In this document: one piece after another, positions 1 through 10,706 of the stretch
Layout: the number at the start of each line of letters is the position of its first letter
How positions within the stretch are numbered: the stretch's first letter is position 1
Assembly: GCA_964430565.1 (NCBI GenBank)
Contig: CAYSFD010000056.1
Span: 34,888 to 98,887 of the forward strand
Length of the DNA stretch: 64,000 nucleotides
Reading direction: 5' to 3'
Source of the DNA: an uncultured Enterobacteriaceae bacterium
Lineage (GTDB): Bacteria > Pseudomonadota > Gammaproteobacteria > Burkholderiales > SG8-39
Notes under the pieces: model-generated
What the model was told of the DNA's origin: nothing
Databases searched by the model: none
Seen by the model: the letters and a program-made list of their open reading frames with translations, nothing else
Made by a program: the position numbers and the translations under genes

Positions 1-1
1 G

Positions 2-811
2 GCGGCGCTGCGGCCCAATACCCGGTTGCTGTATCTGGAGACGCCTTCCAATCCGCTTACAGAGGTGTTCGACATTGAAGCGCTTGCGCGCCTCGCGCAT
101 GGTGCGGGCGCACTGCTCGTCGTAGACAATTGCCTCTGCACGCCCGCACTTCAGCGCCCCATCGAACTGGGCGCAGACCTGGTAATTCACTCGGCTACGA
201 AGTACTTGGACGGCCAGGGGAGGGTCCTCGGCGGGGCGGTTCTTGGCAAGCGCGATTTGGTGATGGGCGGAATCCACGGTTTTCTGCGGACCGCGGGTCC
301 GAGCCTCTCGCCGTTCAATGCTTGGGTGTTGCTGAAAGGGCTGGAGACGCTACGGATCAGGATGGAAGCGCAGTCGCAAAGCGCACTGGAGCTGGCTCGG
401 TGGCTGGAAGCTCATCCCCGCGTCAGCAAGGTGTACTACCCCGGTCTTCCCTCGCACCCTCAGCACGAACTTGCGGCCAGGCAGCAGCGCTTGGGGGGCG
501 CGGTCGTGTCGTTTGAGGTGGAAGGCGGCCGTGGAGCGGCTTGGAGTCTCATCGACTCGACTCGCATGATTTCGATTACCGCTAATCTTGGCGACACCAA
601 GACCACGATCACTCATCCCGCCACGACTACTCACGGGCGCATTTCGGACGCGGCGCGTGCGCGCGCCGGAATCACGGAGGGTCTGGTGCGTATCGCCGTC
701 GGGCTTGAATCCGTGAAGGACATCCGTGCCGATTTGGATCGCGGACTGGGGTCGATAGCTGATCAGGGGAGCGACACGGGGGCGCAGCCACGCACGTCGC
801 AGCGCAGGTAA
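2..811 (+). CDS. metZ: O-succinylhomoserine sulfhydrylase-type PLP enzyme, C-terminal ~260 aa (5' end outside window)
   Basis: The frame is open from the window edge. It reads LYLETPSNPL...VVDNCLCTP...HSATKYLDGQG (PLP-lysine motif) ...ITHPATTTH, typical of the Cys/Met-metabolism PLP family and MetZ-like. Its 3' end overlaps the lpxH 3' end convergently by 49 nt. Confidence 0.8.
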   Translation, partial: AALRPNTRLLYLETPSNPLTEVFDIEALARLAHGAGALLVVDNCLCTPALQRPIELGADLVIHSATKYLDGQGRVLGGAVLGKRDLVMGGIHGFLRTAGPSLSPFNAWVLLKGLETLRIRMEAQSQSALELARWLEAHPRVSKVYYPGLPSHPQHELAARQQRLGGAVVSFEVEGGRGAAWSLIDSTRMISITANLGDTKTTITHPATTTHGRISDAARARAGITEGLVRIAVGLESVKDIRADLDRGLGSIADQGSDTGAQPRTSQRR

Positions 812-1482
812 CTGCCGCTGCGATACCAGTCGGCAAGCACCCAGCGCTCGCAGATCCTGCCGTCCACGCGATGCTCGTGCCGAGCCGGTCGGTGCGTGTG
901 CCCGTGGATGAGGCGCGGATAGCCATGCTCGCGCAACACGGATTCGACCGCACCGGGGTTTACGTCCATGAGCACCGCCGCCTTGCGTGTTTTTTCCGAC
1001 TCGCTCATACGGCGTAAGGCTTCTATCTGCTCCTTGCGTCGCAAAAGCGGAGCGGAAAGAAATTCCTTCCTCCAGGCCGGAGCGCGTACCTCGGAGCGAA
1101 ACTTCTGGTAGTCCCGGTCGTCAGTGCAGAGCGTGTCGCCGTGCATCAGCAGCGTCCTCGTCCCGAAAAGATCGAGGGTATGAGGATCTTCGATTAAACG
1201 GGCATTGCAGGCCTTGGCAAAATCACCGTTCAGCAGGAAATCCCGGTTTCCGTGCATGATGTGCAAGGCAGGACCGGCGCGAGAGCAGTCAGCCAGCGCT
1301 GCGATGACCAAGGCGTTAAACGTATCGTCAAGATCATCGTCTCCCGCCCAGTATTCGAACAGATCGCCGAGAACGTAGAGGGATTCAGCGGCGCGCGCAG
1401 GGCCTCTGAGAAACTCGAAAAACGTGCGATTGATCTCCGGCCGAGATGCGCACAGATGGAGGTCGGAGATGAACAGAACCAT
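763..1482 (-). CDS. lpxH: UDP-2,3-diacylglucosamine diphosphatase
   Basis: MVLFISDLHL, GDLFEYWAGDDD, HGNRDF and GHTHRP are the calcineurin-like metallophosphoesterase motifs in LpxH order. I take the start at ATG 1482; in-frame TTG 1497 is also possible. Confidence 0.85.
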   Translation of the reverse strand: MVLFISDLHLCASRPEINRTFFEFLRGPARAAESLYVLGDLFEYWAGDDDLDDTFNALVIAALADCSRAGPALHIMHGNRDFLLNGDFAKACNARLIEDPHTLDLFGTRTLLMHGDTLCTDDRDYQKFRSEVRAPAWRKEFLSAPLLRRKEQIEALRRMSESEKTRKAAVLMDVNPGAVESVLREHGYPRLIHGHTHRPARHEHRVDGRICERWVLADWYRSGSYLRCDVRGCAPVSLP

Positions 1483-1544
1483 AGAACCGTGGATCAAGGA
1501 TCAGGCAATCGCGCACGGTAAATCTCCTTGATCCTGAGCCTGGA

Positions 1545-2036
1545 TCACACCACTTCAGCTCGCTCTATGATCACGTCTTCGACGGGGACGTCTTCATGCG
1601 ACCCGCGTCTTCCGGTTTTCACCGTTTTTATCTTTTCGACGACGTCTTGACCTTCGACGACCTTGCCGAACACGCAATAGCCCCAACCCTGGCCGTTAGG
1701 CGCCGTGTGATTGAGAAAATCGTTGTCTTTGACGTTGATGAAAAACTGACTGGAGGCTGAGTGCGGCTCAGAAGTCCGAGCCATGGCGATCGTATAGCGA
1801 TCGTTCTTGAGGCCGTTGGTGGCTTCATTCTTGATGGTGCCTCGAGTCGGTTTTTGCCCCATGCCCGGTTCAAAACCACCGCACTGAATCATGAAGCCGT
1901 CGATGACGCGGTGAAACACGGTGTTGGAATAAAATCCAGCCTCCACATAGTCGAGAAAATTCCTGACCGTCTCCGGCGCGCGTCCCGCGTCGAGTTCGAA
2001 GGCGATGATACCGAGGCTCGTGTGAAACTTGACCAT
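1545..2036 (-). CDS. ppiB: peptidyl-prolyl cis-trans isomerase B (cytoplasmic cyclophilin)
   Basis: 163 aa with [15 protein letters not shown] and [10 protein letters not shown] cyclophilin motifs and no signal peptide. Confidence 0.9.
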   Translation of the reverse strand: MVKFHTSLGIIAFELDAGRAPETVRNFLDYVEAGFYSNTVFHRVIDGFMIQCGGFEPGMGQKPTRGTIKNEATNGLKNDRYTIAMARTSEPHSASSQFFINVKDNDFLNHTAPNGQGWGYCVFGKVVEGQDVVEKIKTVKTGRRGSHEDVPVEDVIIERAEVV

Positions 2037-2048
2037 GGACCCTCGGCC

Positions 2049-2648
2049 CTACTTGGAAGGTTTGACCGTGACCGATTCGATCCGCACCGCAACTTGTGGG
2101 ACGTTCTCGTGCGGTCCCGATGGCGCCGTGGACACCTTTGCGATTCGCATCACGGTATCCATTCCTTCGACCACGCGCCCGAACACCGCATACCCGTATC
2201 CTTGTGAGGACTCGTCTCGAAAGTCGAGGAAGGCGTTGTTCTTGACGTTGATGAAGAATTGTGCCGTCGCTGAATGCGGATTGGGCGTACGCGCCATCAC
2301 AATGGTTCCCGTTTCGTTCCTGAGGCCCGCCTTGAGCGCGATCCCCGCTTCGTTCGGTATCGGGTCTCGGACGGCCTTCTGACGCATTCCGGGCTCGAAT
2401 CCGCCGCCCTGGATCATGAATCCGTCGATGACGCGGTGAAAAATCGTGCCATCGTAGAAACCGCTGCGAGCGTACTGCAGAAAGTTCGCGACCGTTTTGG
2501 GCGCTTTGTCGGGGTAAAGCTCAAGCGTGAAGCTGCCCATGCTCGTCTTGAGTTCGACACGCTGATTCTGCGCACATGCGTTGGACGCCGCGGCAAGCGA
2601 AAGAACGAGCGCCGCGATGCGCACGGCAGGTCGAGAGACGCTATTCAT
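2049..2648 (-). CDS. ppiA: peptidyl-prolyl cis-trans isomerase A (periplasmic cyclophilin)
   Basis: Cyclophilin motif [15 protein letters not shown] preceded by a signal peptide MNSVSRPAVRIAALVLSLAAASNACA. ATG 2648 is preferred as the start; ATG 2684 is also in frame. Confidence 0.85.
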   Translation of the reverse strand: MNSVSRPAVRIAALVLSLAAASNACAQNQRVELKTSMGSFTLELYPDKAPKTVANFLQYARSGFYDGTIFHRVIDGFMIQGGGFEPGMRQKAVRDPIPNEAGIALKAGLRNETGTIVMARTPNPHSATAQFFINVKNNAFLDFRDESSQGYGYAVFGRVVEGMDTVMRIAKVSTAPSGPHENVPQVAVRIESVTVKPSK

Positions 2649-2650
2649 TG

Positions 2651-2659
2651 TGCTATACT
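2651..2659 (+). promoter_or_regulatory. extended -10-like element TGCTATACT upstream of cysS
   Basis: TGnTATACT lies on the + strand about 180 nt upstream of the cysS ATG. The same 12-mer TGCTATACTTTT occurs 11 nt upstream of tRNA-Pro (22612). No convincing -35 was seen. Confidence 0.3.
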
Positions 2660-2841
2660 TTTTCGACGTTAAAAGAAACGCCATTCTATCAAGAAGCTTG
2701 TAGCGCTCACAACCATCAGCTTCTTGCGGGCATTTTCTCGATCCTCCCGTTTTTCTCCGGCGGCCCTCTGCGGCCCGACTTGATCACGCAGGACGGTTTT
2801 CGCAACACCGGCCTTGTCGCTGATACGATGAGAAGCGGGTT

Positions 2842-4227
2842 ATGCTAAAAATATACAACAGCTTGAGCCGTGCGCGGGAACCCTTCGTTCCTCTCGATCC
2901 GCCGCGAGTGAGGATGTATGTGTGCGGGATGACCGTGTACGACTATTGCCATCTCGGACACGCACGGGTGATGATCGTATTCGATCTCGTGCAGCGCTGG
3001 CTGCGCGCGAGCGGCTATGAGCTCACCTACGCGCGCAACATTACCGACGTCGACGACAAGATTATCCGGCGGGCGTTAGAACACAACGAGTCGGTCGGGG
3101 CGCTGACCGAGCGCTTTATTCGCTACATGGACGAAGACGCCGCCGCGCTCGGCGTGGAGAAGCCCGACATCGAGCCGCGCGCAACGGGTCACGTGACTGA
3201 CATGCTGGAGATGATCAGAAGGCTCGAAGAACGCGGCCTGGCCTATCGGGCGGAAAGCGGCGACGTCAACTTCTCGGTGAGAAAGTTTCCCGGCTACGGA
3301 AAACTATCGGGTAAGTCGCTTGAGGATCTGCGTGCCGGTGAGCGAGTTGAGGTCGATCCAACCAAGCGCGACCCGCTCGATTTTGTGTTGTGGAAACGCG
3401 CCAAGGAGGGTGAGCCGTTTTGGCAATCCCCTTGGGGAAACGGTCGCCCCGGCTGGCATATCGAGTGTTCAGCGATGAGCACGAAACTGCTTGGAGCGCA
3501 TTTTGATATCCACGGTGGCGGGGAGGATCTTCAGTTTCCGCACCACGAGAACGAGATTGCGCAGTCCGAGGGAGCGCTGGGCGAAACCGATATGGAACCG
3601 TTCGTCAGATACTGGATGCACAACGGCTTTGTCCGGCTGCAAGACCAGAAGATGTCGAAATCGACAGGCAACGTCACGATCATTCGCGAGCTGCTCAAGC
3701 GTTACGATCCAGAGGTGGTACGTTTCTTCGTCGCGCGCGCGCACTATCGTAGCCCTCTCAATTATTCCGACCAGCATCTGGACGACGCGAAGCAGGCCTT
3801 GTCGAGGTTGTATATTGCTTTGAAGGCGTCGCCCATAAGCGCAGGAGCGCCCGATTGGAACGAAAGTTACGGTCGCCGCTTCCGCGACGCGATGGACGAC
3901 GATTTCAATACGCCCGAGGCGGTTGCCGCACTCTTCGATCTTGCCAACGAAATCAATCGCTCGAATTCCACGGCGCTGAGACGCCAGCTACGCGCGCTCG
4001 GCGGACTGCTCGGACTTCTGGGGCGCGAAAGCGAACAATTCCTGCAGGGCGGCAAGAAACAGGCCGGCAGCATTTCCGACGCGCAAATTGCGGTGCTGAT
4101 CGCTGAACGCAACGAGGCGCGTCGCGCCAAGAACTTTCCTCGCGCCGACGAAATACGCGACGAATTGCTTCACAAGGGAATCACACTCGAGGATGGTCCG
4201 CAGGGAACAACCTGGCGCCGCTCCTGA
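2842..4227 (+). CDS. cysS: cysteine--tRNA ligase
   Basis: 461 aa with the class I HIGH-type motif ([15 protein letters not shown]) and the KMSKS motif (QKMSKSTGN). Confidence 0.95.
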   Translation: MLKIYNSLSRAREPFVPLDPPRVRMYVCGMTVYDYCHLGHARVMIVFDLVQRWLRASGYELTYARNITDVDDKIIRRALEHNESVGALTERFIRYMDEDAAALGVEKPDIEPRATGHVTDMLEMIRRLEERGLAYRAESGDVNFSVRKFPGYGKLSGKSLEDLRAGERVEVDPTKRDPLDFVLWKRAKEGEPFWQSPWGNGRPGWHIECSAMSTKLLGAHFDIHGGGEDLQFPHHENEIAQSEGALGETDMEPFVRYWMHNGFVRLQDQKMSKSTGNVTIIRELLKRYDPEVVRFFVARAHYRSPLNYSDQHLDDAKQALSRLYIALKASPISAGAPDWNESYGRRFRDAMDDDFNTPEAVAALFDLANEINRSNSTALRRQLRALGGLLGLLGRESEQFLQGGKKQAGSISDAQIAVLIAERNEARRAKNFPRADEIRDELLHKGITLEDGPQGTTWRRS

Positions 4228-4274
4228 TTCAGTCGTCTGCGCGACGGAATGCGCCTCGTTGGTAAATTTTCCGC

Positions 4275-5414
4275 CTAGTATGCGAATCTGCCACCTTTGC
4301 TGATGGCGGTGAGTTCCACATACTTCGAACCGTTGTGGTTCGTCGAGCTGAAATCGACGATGTATCCGCCGACGTCGTAATTCCGGATAGAGTCGAGCGC
4401 CTTGAGCAGGCTTTCGCGGGTCGGAGTGGCGCCGGCACGGCGGATGCCCTCCGCCAGCACTTTCGCGCAGATATACGCTTCTAGGGACGTAAACGAAAAC
4501 TCCTTCTTGCCGAGCTGCTTTTCGATCGCAGCCTGGTATTCCCTGACGATAGGAACCGCCAGCCTCGCATAGGGCGGAACGACCTGCGCTACGACGACTC
4601 CCGTGCCCTGAGCGCCAAGCGCGGTGGCCAAGGCGCTTGCACCGACAAATGAGGTGCTCGCAAACTGCGCGCCGGATCCGGCCTTCTTCGACTGTGTGAT
4701 GAAGTCGGCCGTAGTGCGGTACAGCGTTGTTCCTATGACCACGTCAGGAGCCGCCTTGACGACATCGCCGACAGCCGCGCCCAGATCGGTCTGGTTGCGC
4801 TTCAGGGTGCCGATCGACACCGGCTTGAGCCCGCGTTTGGCGAGCGCCGTTTGCACCGCCGCGAGATTCTCCTTGCCAACCGCGTCGTCGTAGTGGATAA
4901 CCGAGAATTTTTTCATTCCAGTGCTGGTGTAGAACTCAACGATCTTTTCCAGCTCATCGGCGTAGCTCGCTCGCATCATGTATACATGGCGGCGGAAACT
5001 CTGCATGGGCTGCGCACCCGTGAAAGGCGCGACAAACGGCACCCCGCTTTTCTCCACGAATGGGAACGCGGGAAGACTCAAAGTCGCGCTGGCGTAGCCG
5101 AACAGGGCGAGCACGCGTCTTTCCTCGATCAGGACCCTGCCGTTCTCGCCGGAACGCTTGGCGTCGTTGGCGTCGTCGATGGTAATCAACTCGATCTTGC
5201 GGCCGTTTACGCCGCCGGCTGCATTGATCTTGCTGAAGAAGGCGAGCGCTCCGTTGCGAATGTCCTCGCCGAACTCCTTGTTGGTGCCCGAGAGCGGCCC
5301 TGACTGGCCGATCAGGATAGTGGTCTTGGTTACGCCCTGGGACTGTGCTGGTCCGGACCCTAGAGCGAATACAAATATGCCGGCTGCAAAAGCAAGGCTA
5401 AAAACTTTCGTCAT
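4275..5414 (-). CDS. periplasmic ABC-transporter substrate-binding protein, type I PBP (Leu/Ile/Val-binding-like), orphan
   Basis: Signal peptide (MTKVFSLAFAAGIFVFALGSGPAQSQ), then GQSGPLSG...FGEDIRNGALAFF...INAAGGVNGRKIEL, typical of the LivJ/K-like family. Strong SD GGAGGGG upstream. No permease or ATPase genes are adjacent. Confidence 0.8.
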   Translation of the reverse strand: MTKVFSLAFAAGIFVFALGSGPAQSQGVTKTTILIGQSGPLSGTNKEFGEDIRNGALAFFSKINAAGGVNGRKIELITIDDANDAKRSGENGRVLIEERRVLALFGYASATLSLPAFPFVEKSGVPFVAPFTGAQPMQSFRRHVYMMRASYADELEKIVEFYTSTGMKKFSVIHYDDAVGKENLAAVQTALAKRGLKPVSIGTLKRNQTDLGAAVGDVVKAAPDVVIGTTLYRTTADFITQSKKAGSGAQFASTSFVGASALATALGAQGTGVVVAQVVPPYARLAVPIVREYQAAIEKQLGKKEFSFTSLEAYICAKVLAEGIRRAGATPTRESLLKALDSIRNYDVGGYIVDFSSTNHNGSKYVELTAISKGGRFAY

Positions 5415-5623
5415 AGTCTTTCCCCTCCTGCGCGATTGGGTAAGTGGATGACTAGCCTGCAGAGTTTAGACCAAACGACTGGCTGCGGGCTGATGTTCGG
5501 GGAAAGGGGAGGCAACTCCAGGGCCACGTCCTTTGAGCGACGGGGCTGCTCGGTGTGGCCGGTTAGGCCAACCTGGGCCAGGCTGAAATGTAACGATAAG
5601 TCGCGAATACAAATAGGGTTTAT

Positions 5624-6739
5624 CTACTCGGCAAAGAATTCCTTGACCTTGTCCATCCAGGATTTGGCGCGGGGGTTGTGGCGCTGCGAGTCCTTCTGGC
5701 TGATCGCCTCGAACTCTCGCAGCAATTCCCTTTGTCGCTCGGTAAGGCTGACCGGAGTTTCGACCACAACGTGACACAGAAGATCGCCGTATTCGCGGCT
5801 GCGTACGCCGCGGATGCCCTTTCCGCGGAGCCGAAATGCCCTTCCTGACTGGGTTTCGACTGGGATCTTGATCCTCGCCGACCCATCCAGCGTGGGGATT
5901 TCGATCTCTCCGCCGAGGGCCGCTGTCGAAAAACTGACCGGCATTTCGCAATGCAGGTCGTCATGGTCGCGCTGGAATACCGGATGAGGTTTGACCTGGA
6001 TCTGCACGTAAAGATCGCCCGGCGGCCCGCCGTTGACTCCGGGCTCGCCTTCGCCCGAGAGGCGAATGCGATCGCTATTGTCGACGCCGGCAGGAATTTT
6101 AACGGAGAGCGTTTTTTGCTTCTTCACGCGTGCGGCGCCACGGCAGCTTGGGCAGGGCTCTAGGATGATCTTCCCGGTCCCGTGACACTTCGGACAGGTC
6201 TGCTGAATGGAGAAAAACCCCTGTTGCATGCGTACCTGGCCCTGACCTTCGCAAGTCGGGCAGGTCTTAGGCTTCGTCCCGGGTTTCGCCCCGGAGCCCT
6301 TACAGGCGTCGCAGTTCTCGTGGGTTGGGATGCGAATCCGGGTTTCGGTGCCGCGCGCCGCCTGCTCCAGCGCGATTTCGAGGTTGTAGCGCAGATCGGC
6401 TCCGCGGTACACTGAGGAGCGTCCGCCGCGCGCCTGACTAAAGATGTCGCCGAAGATGTCCCCGAAGGCATCGGCAAAATTCGAGAAACCGGCACCGGCC
6501 ATGCCCGCCTGCGGGTCGACTCCGGCGTGGCCGTAGCGGTCATATGCGGCGCGCTTGTTCGCGTCGGTGAGGACTTCGTACGCTTCGTTTGCCTCCTTGA
6601 ACGACTCTTCGGCCTTAGGGTTGTCGGGATTGCGGTCCGGATGATGCTTCATGGCGAGACGCCGATAGGCTTTCTTGATCGCCTCTTCGTCGGCGTCGCG
6701 GTTGACTCCCAGGACTTCGTAGTAATCCCGCTTCGCCAT
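5624..6739 (-). CDS. dnaJ: molecular chaperone DnaJ
   Basis: [12 protein letters not shown]...HPDRNP J-domain, a G/F region and four CxxCxGxG zinc-finger repeats. The start is ATG 6739, not the ORF-track 6769. Confidence 0.95.
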   Translation of the reverse strand: MAKRDYYEVLGVNRDADEEAIKKAYRRLAMKHHPDRNPDNPKAEESFKEANEAYEVLTDANKRAAYDRYGHAGVDPQAGMAGAGFSNFADAFGDIFGDIFSQARGGRSSVYRGADLRYNLEIALEQAARGTETRIRIPTHENCDACKGSGAKPGTKPKTCPTCEGQGQVRMQQGFFSIQQTCPKCHGTGKIILEPCPSCRGAARVKKQKTLSVKIPAGVDNSDRIRLSGEGEPGVNGGPPGDLYVQIQVKPHPVFQRDHDDLHCEMPVSFSTAALGGEIEIPTLDGSARIKIPVETQSGRAFRLRGKGIRGVRSREYGDLLCHVVVETPVSLTERQRELLREFEAISQKDSQRHNPRAKSWMDKVKEFFAE

Positions 6740-6845
6740 TGCTTGGCTCTTTCCTTGATAGATGCGCAAAGGCCGAGTTGAGCTGGCGCGCTTGCGCGTC
6801 AGCTCGAACTCGGCCAGTTAAGGCCGCGCGATTTATGCGCGGCGC

Positions 6846-8774
6846 TTAACCTTTCTTGTCTTTTACCTCGGTGAACTCGGCATCCACGACGTTGGCGTCA
6901 TCGGGTTTGCTCGGCCCCTTGGGCTCTTCGCGGGTCTGGGCCCCTTGCGCCTTCTGCGCATCGGCGTACATTTTTTCCCCGAGTTTCTGCGCGGCCTGCG
7001 TGAGCGCCTGCGTCTTGGCGTCGATTTGTGCTTTGTCGTCAGACTTCAGCGCATCTTCGGCGTCCTTCAGCGCGGCCTCAATCTTCGCTTTTTCTTCAGC
7101 GCTGAGCTTTTCGCCGTATTCCTTGAGAGACTTGTTTACCGAATGGACGAGTGAATCCAGCTGGTTGCGCGCAGTGACGATCTCGAGTTGCTTCTTGTCA
7201 TCGGCAGCGTGCGTTTCCCCATCTCTCACCATGCGTTGGATCTCAGCTTCGTTCAAGCCAGAACTCGCCTTGATGGTGATCTTGTTTTCCTTGCCGGTCG
7301 CTTTGTCCTTGGCGGACACGTGCAGAATGCCGTTGGCGTCGATGTCGAATGTAACCTCGATTTGGGGCATGCCGCGCGGCGCGGGTGGAATTCCCTCCAA
7401 GTTGAACTGGCCCAGGCTCTTGTTGCCTGCGGCCATGTCGCGCTCGCCCTGCAGCACGTGGATCGTTACTGCAGATTGGCTGTCGTCGGCGGTCGAAAAG
7501 ACCTGCTGCGCCTTGGTCGGGATCGTGGTGTTTTTCTGGATGAGCTTGGTCATCACTCCGCCAAGCGTCTCGATGCCGAGCGACAGCGGTGTGACGTCGA
7601 GAAGCAGCACATCCTTGACGTCCCCCTTCAGAACGCCGCCCTGAATTCCGGCGCCGACCGCGACCGCTTCGTCGGCGTTGACGTCCTTCCTTGGTTCCTT
7701 GCCGAAAAAGTCCTTTACGGTCTCCTGCACCTTGGGCATGCGCGTCATTCCGCCCACCAGGATCACGTCTTCGATCTCGGAGATCTTCAGTCCGGCGTCT
7801 TTCAGCGCAATGCGGCAGGGCTCGACCGTCTTCGCAATCAGATCCTCGACCAGGCTCTCGAACTTGGCGCGCGTGATCTTGATCGTCAGGTGCTTTGGCC
7901 CACTCTTGTCGGCCGTGATGTAAGGCAGGTTGATCTCCGTCTGCTGGCTCGAGGATAGTTCGATCTTGGCCTTCTCCGAGCCATCCTTGAGTCGCTGCAA
8001 CGCCAGCACGTCGTTCCTGAGATCGATGCCTTGATCCTTCTTGAACTCGTCGCAGAGGTAATCGATCAGACGCTGGTCGAAGTCCTCGCCGCCGAGAAAC
8101 GTGTCGCCGTTGGTCGAGAGCACCTCGAACTGGTGTTCGCCTTCGACCTCCGCGATCTCGATGATCGAGACGTCGAACGTGCCGCCGCCGAGGTCGTACA
8201 CCGCGATCTTGCGGTCGCCCTCTTTCTTGTCCAGGCCGAAGGCGAGTGCGGCCGCCGTCGGTTCGTTGATGATGCGCTTGACTTCAAGTCCCGCGATGCG
8301 GCCCGCGTCCTTCGTGGCCTGACGTTGTGAATCGTTGAAATAGGCTGGAACCGTGATCACGGCCTCGGTGACTTCCTCGCCGAGATAGTCCTCGGCGGTC
8401 TTCTTCATTTTGCGCAACACCTGCGCCGACACTTCCGGCGGAGCGATTTTCTTCCCGAGGATCTCGACCCAAGCGTCGTTGTTTTCCGCCTTGACGATCT
8501 TGTAGGGCATCAATTCGATGTCCTTCTGCACCTCTTTTTCGTCAAAACGGCGGCCAATGAGGCGCTTGACCGCATACAAAGTGTTCTTGGGATTGGTGAC
8601 TGCCTGCCGCTTGGCCGGCGCACCGACGAGAACTTCCCCATCGTCCATGTAAGCGACGATGGAGGGCGTCGTGCGCGCGCCCTCCGAGTTCTCGATGACT
8701 TTTGGCTTGCCACCCTCCATGATCGCGACGCAGGAGTTGGTTGTGCCGAGGTCGATTCCAATGATCTTTCCCAT
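6846..8774 (-). CDS. dnaK: molecular chaperone DnaK (Hsp70)
   Basis: [27 protein letters not shown] and other Hsp70 signatures. Start ATG 8774 has an AGAGGAAG SD; the ORF-track start 8801 is upstream. Confidence 0.97.
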   Translation of the reverse strand: MGKIIGIDLGTTNSCVAIMEGGKPKVIENSEGARTTPSIVAYMDDGEVLVGAPAKRQAVTNPKNTLYAVKRLIGRRFDEKEVQKDIELMPYKIVKAENNDAWVEILGKKIAPPEVSAQVLRKMKKTAEDYLGEEVTEAVITVPAYFNDSQRQATKDAGRIAGLEVKRIINEPTAAALAFGLDKKEGDRKIAVYDLGGGTFDVSIIEIAEVEGEHQFEVLSTNGDTFLGGEDFDQRLIDYLCDEFKKDQGIDLRNDVLALQRLKDGSEKAKIELSSSQQTEINLPYITADKSGPKHLTIKITRAKFESLVEDLIAKTVEPCRIALKDAGLKISEIEDVILVGGMTRMPKVQETVKDFFGKEPRKDVNADEAVAVGAGIQGGVLKGDVKDVLLLDVTPLSLGIETLGGVMTKLIQKNTTIPTKAQQVFSTADDSQSAVTIHVLQGERDMAAGNKSLGQFNLEGIPPAPRGMPQIEVTFDIDANGILHVSAKDKATGKENKITIKASSGLNEAEIQRMVRDGETHAADDKKQLEIVTARNQLDSLVHSVNKSLKEYGEKLSAEEKAKIEAALKDAEDALKSDDKAQIDAKTQALTQAAQKLGEKMYADAQKAQGAQTREEPKGPSKPDDANVVDAEFTEVKDKKG

Positions 8775-8816
8775 GAGTCTTCCTCTTGAATTTGCGTGCA
8801 AATAAGCTTGCAGCCG

Positions 8817-8844
8817 ATATGGGGATCATTCCCCCGACTTCAAG
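8817..8844 (-). promoter_or_regulatory. RpoH (sigma32)-type promoter for dnaK
   Basis: The minus strand reads CTTGAAG-13 nt-CCCCATAT, against the consensus CTTGAA-N13-14-CCCCATNT. It overlaps the grpE stop codon and lies about 43 nt upstream of the dnaK ATG. Confidence 0.6.
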
Positions 8845-9416
8845 CTGTCCTCGGGTTTGGCGACGGTGACCAGCGCCGGCCGAATGACCCGGTCGTGAAG
8901 CTTGTAGCCCTTCTGTAGCACGTTGATTACCGTGTTGGGCTCTTTTTCGGATGAGAGCATGCTGATCGCTTGGTGTTGGTGGGGGTCGAACTTCTTCCCA
9001 CTCGGATTGATCTCCTTGAGGTTCACTTTCTCGAACACCGCGTTCAGCTGCTTCAATGTCAGATCGACTCCGCTCCTCAGAGCTTCAAGGACGGCGGAGT
9101 CGGCGGCAAGCGTCGCTTCCAGACTGTCCTTGACGGGAAGCAGCTCGGTGGCGACAGATTCGATCGCGTACTTGTAGGCGTTAGCGAGTTCGATTTGCGT
9201 TCGCTTGCGGATGTTGTCGGCCTCGGCCACGGCCCGCAGCCAGGCGTCGTGGTGTTCCTGGGCCTTCAGCTCCGCTCGTCGCAACAACTCCTCTGTATCC
9301 GGGACGGGCTCGACCTTGGGTCCTTCAGACGCTGCGGACACGGGAGCCGGTGTGGTCGTATCGACCGGTGCGTCTTCGGCGCCGGGTGGCTGGATAGGTT
9401 GGTCTGGACCAGGCAT
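8826..9416 (-). CDS. grpE: nucleotide exchange factor GrpE
   Basis: 196 aa with a low-complexity acidic/Pro-rich N-terminus, then ...HHDAWLRAVAEADNIRKRT...GKKFDPHQHQAI...VLQKGYKLHDRVIRPALVTV, the typical GrpE core. It sits immediately upstream of dnaK. Confidence 0.9.
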   Translation of the reverse strand: MPGPDQPIQPPGAEDAPVDTTTPAPVSAASEGPKVEPVPDTEELLRRAELKAQEHHDAWLRAVAEADNIRKRTQIELANAYKYAIESVATELLPVKDSLEATLAADSAVLEALRSGVDLTLKQLNAVFEKVNLKEINPSGKKFDPHQHQAISMLSSEKEPNTVINVLQKGYKLHDRVIRPALVTVAKPEDSLKSGE

Positions 9417-9469
9417 GAATTCTCCGCAAAAATGTGCCTTGATGTCTTACAAGGATCGGTGTGGTTCCC

Positions 9470-9498
9470 AACTGGGGGTTTTCTCAGGAGATTTCAAG
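9470..9498 (-). promoter_or_regulatory. RpoH (sigma32)-type promoter for grpE
   Basis: The minus strand reads CTTGAAA-14 nt-CCCCAGTT, about 55 nt upstream of the grpE ATG. Confidence 0.55.
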
Positions 9499-9527
9499 AC
9501 CAGTTGATGACTACACCTGGCAACGTG

Positions 9528-10631
9528 TCAGGCCTCGGCGCCTGCGCCCAGGGCTCGCCGGCGGCTGTCCTCGGCTGCGGTCTTTGCGAGCTGCGGACTC
9601 CAGGATTCGCTCACCCAGTCTGCGAGATGCTCTCGCGCGATGGCGGCGAGAGAGCGAATCCAGTCGTCGCGGTCGTTGAGGCAGGGCAGGAGGTGAAATT
9701 CTTTGCCACCCGCACCGAGGAAGATTCCTTTGCCCTCGATGCCGATCTCCTCCAGCGTTTCCAGGCAGTCGCCCACGAAACCTGGGCAGATGACGTCCAC
9801 ACGGCGCAGGCCCTGCCGGCCGTAGTCAGCCAGGGTGGAAGCCGTGTAGGGCTTGAGCCATTCCGTGGATCCGAAGCGGGACTGAAAGGCAACTTGCCAG
9901 TGGCTTTCGGCGAGCTCCAGTTCCTCGGCGAGAAGGCGCGCGGTTTTCTGGCATTCGCAATGATAGGGATCGCCGCGGGTTAGCGTGTAGCGCGGGAGGC
10001 CGTGGAAGCTCATCACCAGTTTGTCCGGGCGTCCCGACTGTCCCCAATGATCTCGCACGAGACGCGCCAACGCACCGATGTACGCAGGGTGATCGTGAAA
10101 GTGCTTGACCATTCGGATTTCCGGTACGTTTCGGACGCGCCGCAAGTACTCCGCAAGCTCGTCCAGCGCGCTCGCGGTGGTGCTCGCCGCGTACTGAGGA
10201 TACATCGGGATCACGAGGATACGGTCGCAGCCTTCCGACTTCAGGCGAGCCAAGGTGCCGGGGATCGAAGGTTCGCCGTAGCGCATGGCGAAATCGACCA
10301 TGATCGGCGAGAGTACCTGCAAGCTGAAGTAGTCGTGCAACAAGCGCGCCTGTCGCTCGGTGTACACCTTCAGAGGCGAACCGTCCTTGGACCAGATGGA
10401 GGCGTATTTTTTCGCCGATGTTCTTGGCCTCGTATTGAGGATGAATCCGTGCAAGATCGGCAACCAAAGCGCACGAGGAATCTCGATCACGCGCGGGTCG
10501 GACAGGAACTGTCTTAGAAATCGTCGCACCGCCGGCGGCGTGGGCGCATCAGGCGTGCCCAGGTTGACGAGCAGGATGGCCGTTTTCGAAACCGTGCCGT
10601 GCTGATGCTGGGGCTCAGGGAGATAGTGCAT
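9528..10631 (-). CDS. hemH: ferrochelatase
   Basis: 367 aa reading ILLVNLGTPDAPTPPAVRRFLRQFLSDPRVIEIP...MRYGEPSI...SFHGLP...CLETLEEI, the ferrochelatase signature order. Confidence 0.9.
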   Translation of the reverse strand: MHYLPEPQHQHGTVSKTAILLVNLGTPDAPTPPAVRRFLRQFLSDPRVIEIPRALWLPILHGFILNTRPRTSAKKYASIWSKDGSPLKVYTERQARLLHDYFSLQVLSPIMVDFAMRYGEPSIPGTLARLKSEGCDRILVIPMYPQYAASTTASALDELAEYLRRVRNVPEIRMVKHFHDHPAYIGALARLVRDHWGQSGRPDKLVMSFHGLPRYTLTRGDPYHCECQKTARLLAEELELAESHWQVAFQSRFGSTEWLKPYTASTLADYGRQGLRRVDVICPGFVGDCLETLEEIGIEGKGIFLGAGGKEFHLLPCLNDRDDWIRSLAAIAREHLADWVSESWSPQLAKTAAEDSRRRALGAGAEA

Positions 10632-10706
10632 GCCGAGAGTAGGGAGGTTAGAGTCCGGCGTGAGGGCTGGTAAGCCAAACTCGGCTCCAGGCTCTCGACT
10701 CCCGGC

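Noticed and set aside
763-811. A 49-nt convergent overlap between the metZ-like and lpxH 3' ends.
   Set aside because: It is probably real but unremarkable. The MetZ-like frame just runs ~20 codons past the conserved ...DIRADLDRGL end before meeting a stop. There is no evidence of functional significance.
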